Part shown: in pieces, positions 62,090 through 64,000 of the stretch
How the letters are laid out: each line of letters opens with the position of its first letter
Numbering within the stretch: the stretch's first letter is position 1
Origin: an uncultured Acidobacteriota bacterium
GTDB taxonomy: Bacteria > Acidobacteriota > Thermoanaerobaculia > Multivoradales > UBA5704
Direction: 5' to 3'
Length of the DNA stretch: 64,000 nucleotides
NCBI GenBank assembly: GCA_963752235.1
Contig: CAVVXL010000001.1
Coordinates: forward strand, 1,856,590-1,920,589
Notes under the pieces: generated by a model
The model's input: only the letters and a program-made list of their open reading frames with translations
What the model was told of the DNA's origin: nothing
Database searches by the model: none
Translations under genes and position numbers: made by a program

Positions 62090-63610
62090 TCAGGCCTTGC
62101 CGATCACCATCCCCTCCACCACGGATTCCCGGCGGCCGCCCACCCAGTGGCGCAGCTGGAGCAGGGGGCCGGTCATGAAGGTGGTGACGAGGGCCATCAG
62201 GACCATCATGGTGAAGATCCGCGGCGACAGGATCCCCAGGTCGTAGCCCAGGTTGAGCACGATCAGCTCGACCAGGCCGCGGGTGTTCATCAGGACGCCG
62301 AGCGAGAAGGAGTCTCCCCAGCTCATGCCGGTGAAGCGCGCCGCCGACATGCTGCCGCCGAGCTTGCCGACGATCGCCACGACGATGAGGCCGCCGCAGA
62401 TCATCCACCCGCCCCAGTCGTTGAGCAGGCCGACCTGCGTGCGCAGCCCGGTGAAGGCGAAGAAGAGGGGGAGCAGCAGGACCGAGCTGAAGGTCTCGAG
62501 GCGCTCGCGCAGGAACTGGCGCAGCTCGGGGACCGGCGGCATGCAGACCCCGGCGAGGAAGGCGCCGAACAGGGCGTGGATGCCGATCAGCTCGGTGACG
62601 AACGCCGAGGCGAAGACGAAGGTGAAGATCGCGGCCAGGAACCAGACGCTGCCGGTCTGCTCCTGGGGGAGCCGGTCGACGATCCGGCCCAGCCAGGGCT
62701 TGACCACGAAGAGCATGAGGGAGATGAACAGCAGGGTGAGGACGATGGTCAGCACGGAGCCGGCGATGCCGGACGACTTGACGATCGCGACCACCACCGC
62801 GAGCAGGCACCAGGCGGTGACGTCGTCCACCGCCGCGCAGGCGAGCGAGGTGCTGCCGAGGTACGAGCGGGTCATCTGCCGGTCCTCGAGGATGCGCGCC
62901 AGCACCGGGAAGGCGGTGATGCTCATCGCCACCCCGATGAACAGGGCGAAGGCGCTGAACGGGATGCCGGCCGGCGCCAGCGTGCGGTAGATCAGCAGCG
63001 CCGAGCCGGTGCCGAGGCAGAACGGCACGATGATGCTGGCATGGCTGACCAGCACCGCGGCGTCCGCCTTGTGGCGCAGCTGGTCGACGTCGAGCTCGAT
63101 GCCGACCACGAACATGAAGAGGATCACCCCGACCTGGCTGAGCAGCTGGAGCGAGCCCATCGACGAGGCCGGGAACAGGAAGCCCTGCGTCTGCGGCGCC
63201 AGCATCCCCAGCAGGGAGGGGCCGAGGAGGATGCCGGCGATCATCTCGCCGATCACGGGAGGCTGCTTGATCTTACGGAACAGCGAGCCGAGGCCGCGGG
63301 CCGCCACCACGATGAGCACGATCTGCAGCAGCAGGGTGCTCAACGGGCTCTTGGCGTTCTGCAACAGGGCCCGCAGCATCCCTCCCACCGGGACGGCGCC
63401 CTTGACCGCAGCGGCGGCCTGCGGGACGACAGGGGCGAGACTCGAAGTGGCGGGGGCGGTGGCGGCGGGCGCCGCCGCGACGGCCGGAGCGGGCTCGAGC
63501 CGCGAGCCGAAGCTCAGGATCGTGTAGATCCCCGTGCCGAAAAGTGCCAGGACAGCGAGATAGAAGACGAAGTTCTTGGACATCCTCTTGGACATCGGTG
63601 CTCTCCCCAA
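62090..63610 (-). CDS. monovalent cation:proton antiporter (CPA2/Kef-type Na+/H+ exchanger family)
   Basis: About 12 TM helices. LLQIVLIVVAARGLGSLFRKIKQPPVIGEMIAGILLGPS matches the conserved CPA2 N-terminal region. Confidence 0.8.
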   Translation of the reverse strand: MGRAPMSKRMSKNFVFYLAVLALFGTGIYTILSFGSRLEPAPAVAAAPAATAPATSSLAPVVPQAAAAVKGAVPVGGMLRALLQNAKSPLSTLLLQIVLIVVAARGLGSLFRKIKQPPVIGEMIAGILLGPSLLGMLAPQTQGFLFPASSMGSLQLLSQVGVILFMFVVGIELDVDQLRHKADAAVLVSHASIIVPFCLGTGSALLIYRTLAPAGIPFSAFALFIGVAMSITAFPVLARILEDRQMTRSYLGSTSLACAAVDDVTAWCLLAVVVAIVKSSGIAGSVLTIVLTLLFISLMLFVVKPWLGRIVDRLPQEQTGSVWFLAAIFTFVFASAFVTELIGIHALFGAFLAGVCMPPVPELRQFLRERLETFSSVLLLPLFFAFTGLRTQVGLLNDWGGWMICGGLIVVAIVGKLGGSMSAARFTGMSWGDSFSLGVLMNTRGLVELIVLNLGYDLGILSPRIFTMMVLMALVTTFMTGPLLQLRHWVGGRRESVVEGMVIGKA

Positions 63611-63763
63611 AATCAGAATACGACATTAGAAGTACGGCAGCAAAGAAGGAGTGCCCCAAGAGCTGCCAGGAGGGACAGGCAAATTCGAGTGACACCCGGC
63701 GGCGAGGGGGGGTAGGATGAAGGTCATACGACCCCAATCCTCTCAAGGAGGCCCGCCGCGAAC

Positions 63764-64000
63764 ATGTGGAACCTTTCGGTCGCCTGGTGGGAGCTGATCG
63801 CCCGCTCCGTCCTGGTCTATGTCTTCCTGGTCGTCATCCTGCGGATCACCGGCAAGCGCCAGGTGGGACAGCTCGCGCCGTTCGACCTCGTGCTGCTGCT
63901 CGTCCTCTCGAACGCCGTCCAGAACTCGATGAACGGCGGCGACAACTCGCTGGTCGGCGGGCTGATCTCGGCGGCGACGCTGATCGCCGTCAACCTGGTG
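63764..64000 (+). CDS. DUF421 (YetF-like) membrane protein, 5' fragment running off the window end
   Basis: MWNLSVAWWELIARSVLVYVFLVVILRITGKRQVGQLAPFDLVLLLVLSNAVQNSM has the conserved GKRQ.GQL..FD.V motif of DUF421. No stop before the window end. Confidence 0.5.
   Translation, partial: MWNLSVAWWELIARSVLVYVFLVVILRITGKRQVGQLAPFDLVLLLVLSNAVQNSMNGGDNSLVGGLISAATLIAVNLV

Overview
This is a high-GC (about 70%) bacterial chromosomal window from a probable diderm (OMP beta-barrel, MacAB-HlyD and a CIRCE-groESL are present). Many six-frame ORFs are GC-driven antisense or run-on artefacts and were discarded. Content from start to end: (1) a glycan-modification block (NodU/CmcH-type carbamoyltransferase 3' end, polytopic membrane protein, SAM-methyltransferase, SGNH hydrolase) and an OMP; (2) a compact lasso-peptide gene cluster on the minus strand: PqqD-like RRE (B1), Asn-synthetase-like lasso cyclase (C), a 61-aa precursor whose leader matches the YxxPxLx3Gx5Tx lasso leader motif exactly, and an HPr-kinase-like tailoring kinase. 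No leader peptidase (B2) or exporter lies in the cluster, but an orphan transglutaminase-like B2 homolog sits 26 kb away, just upstream of CIRCE-groES-groEL; (3) a 5,542-aa secreted giant protein (16.6 kb gene) built from about 38 SdrD-B/Cna-B-type repeats plus four copies of an unrecognised ~175-aa insert domain, ended by a textbook intrinsic terminator and divergent from a SARP/AfsR-type AAA+TPR regulator; (4) a WecA - FkbM methyltransferase - GT4 polysaccharide operon; (5) groES-groEL with CIRCE; (6) two tandem secreted HExxH metallopeptidase paralogs beside a standalone LanC-like protein and an alpha/beta hydrolase; (7) a ~390-bp non-coding array of about 19 degenerate 20-bp direct repeats next to an AraC regulator; (8) a NtrB/NtrC (sigma-54) two-component pair downstream of a MacA-MacB-FtsX-FtsX efflux operon that carries a near-consensus sigma-54 promoter; (9) a REP-flanked RAYT (IS200-like tyrosine transposase) element with a second decayed RAYT 5' remnant; (10) an AsnB - CapB-like Mur ligase - SBP - PaaK-like ligase - methyltransferase - beta-lactamase-fold cluster in which at least three genes carry apparent frameshifts; (11) a spermidine-synthase-like gene, a CPA2 antiporter and a DUF421 membrane protein. 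My hand-counted coordinates for motifs can be off by 1-2 nt (a +1 offset relative to the ORF track was detected after about 57 kb).
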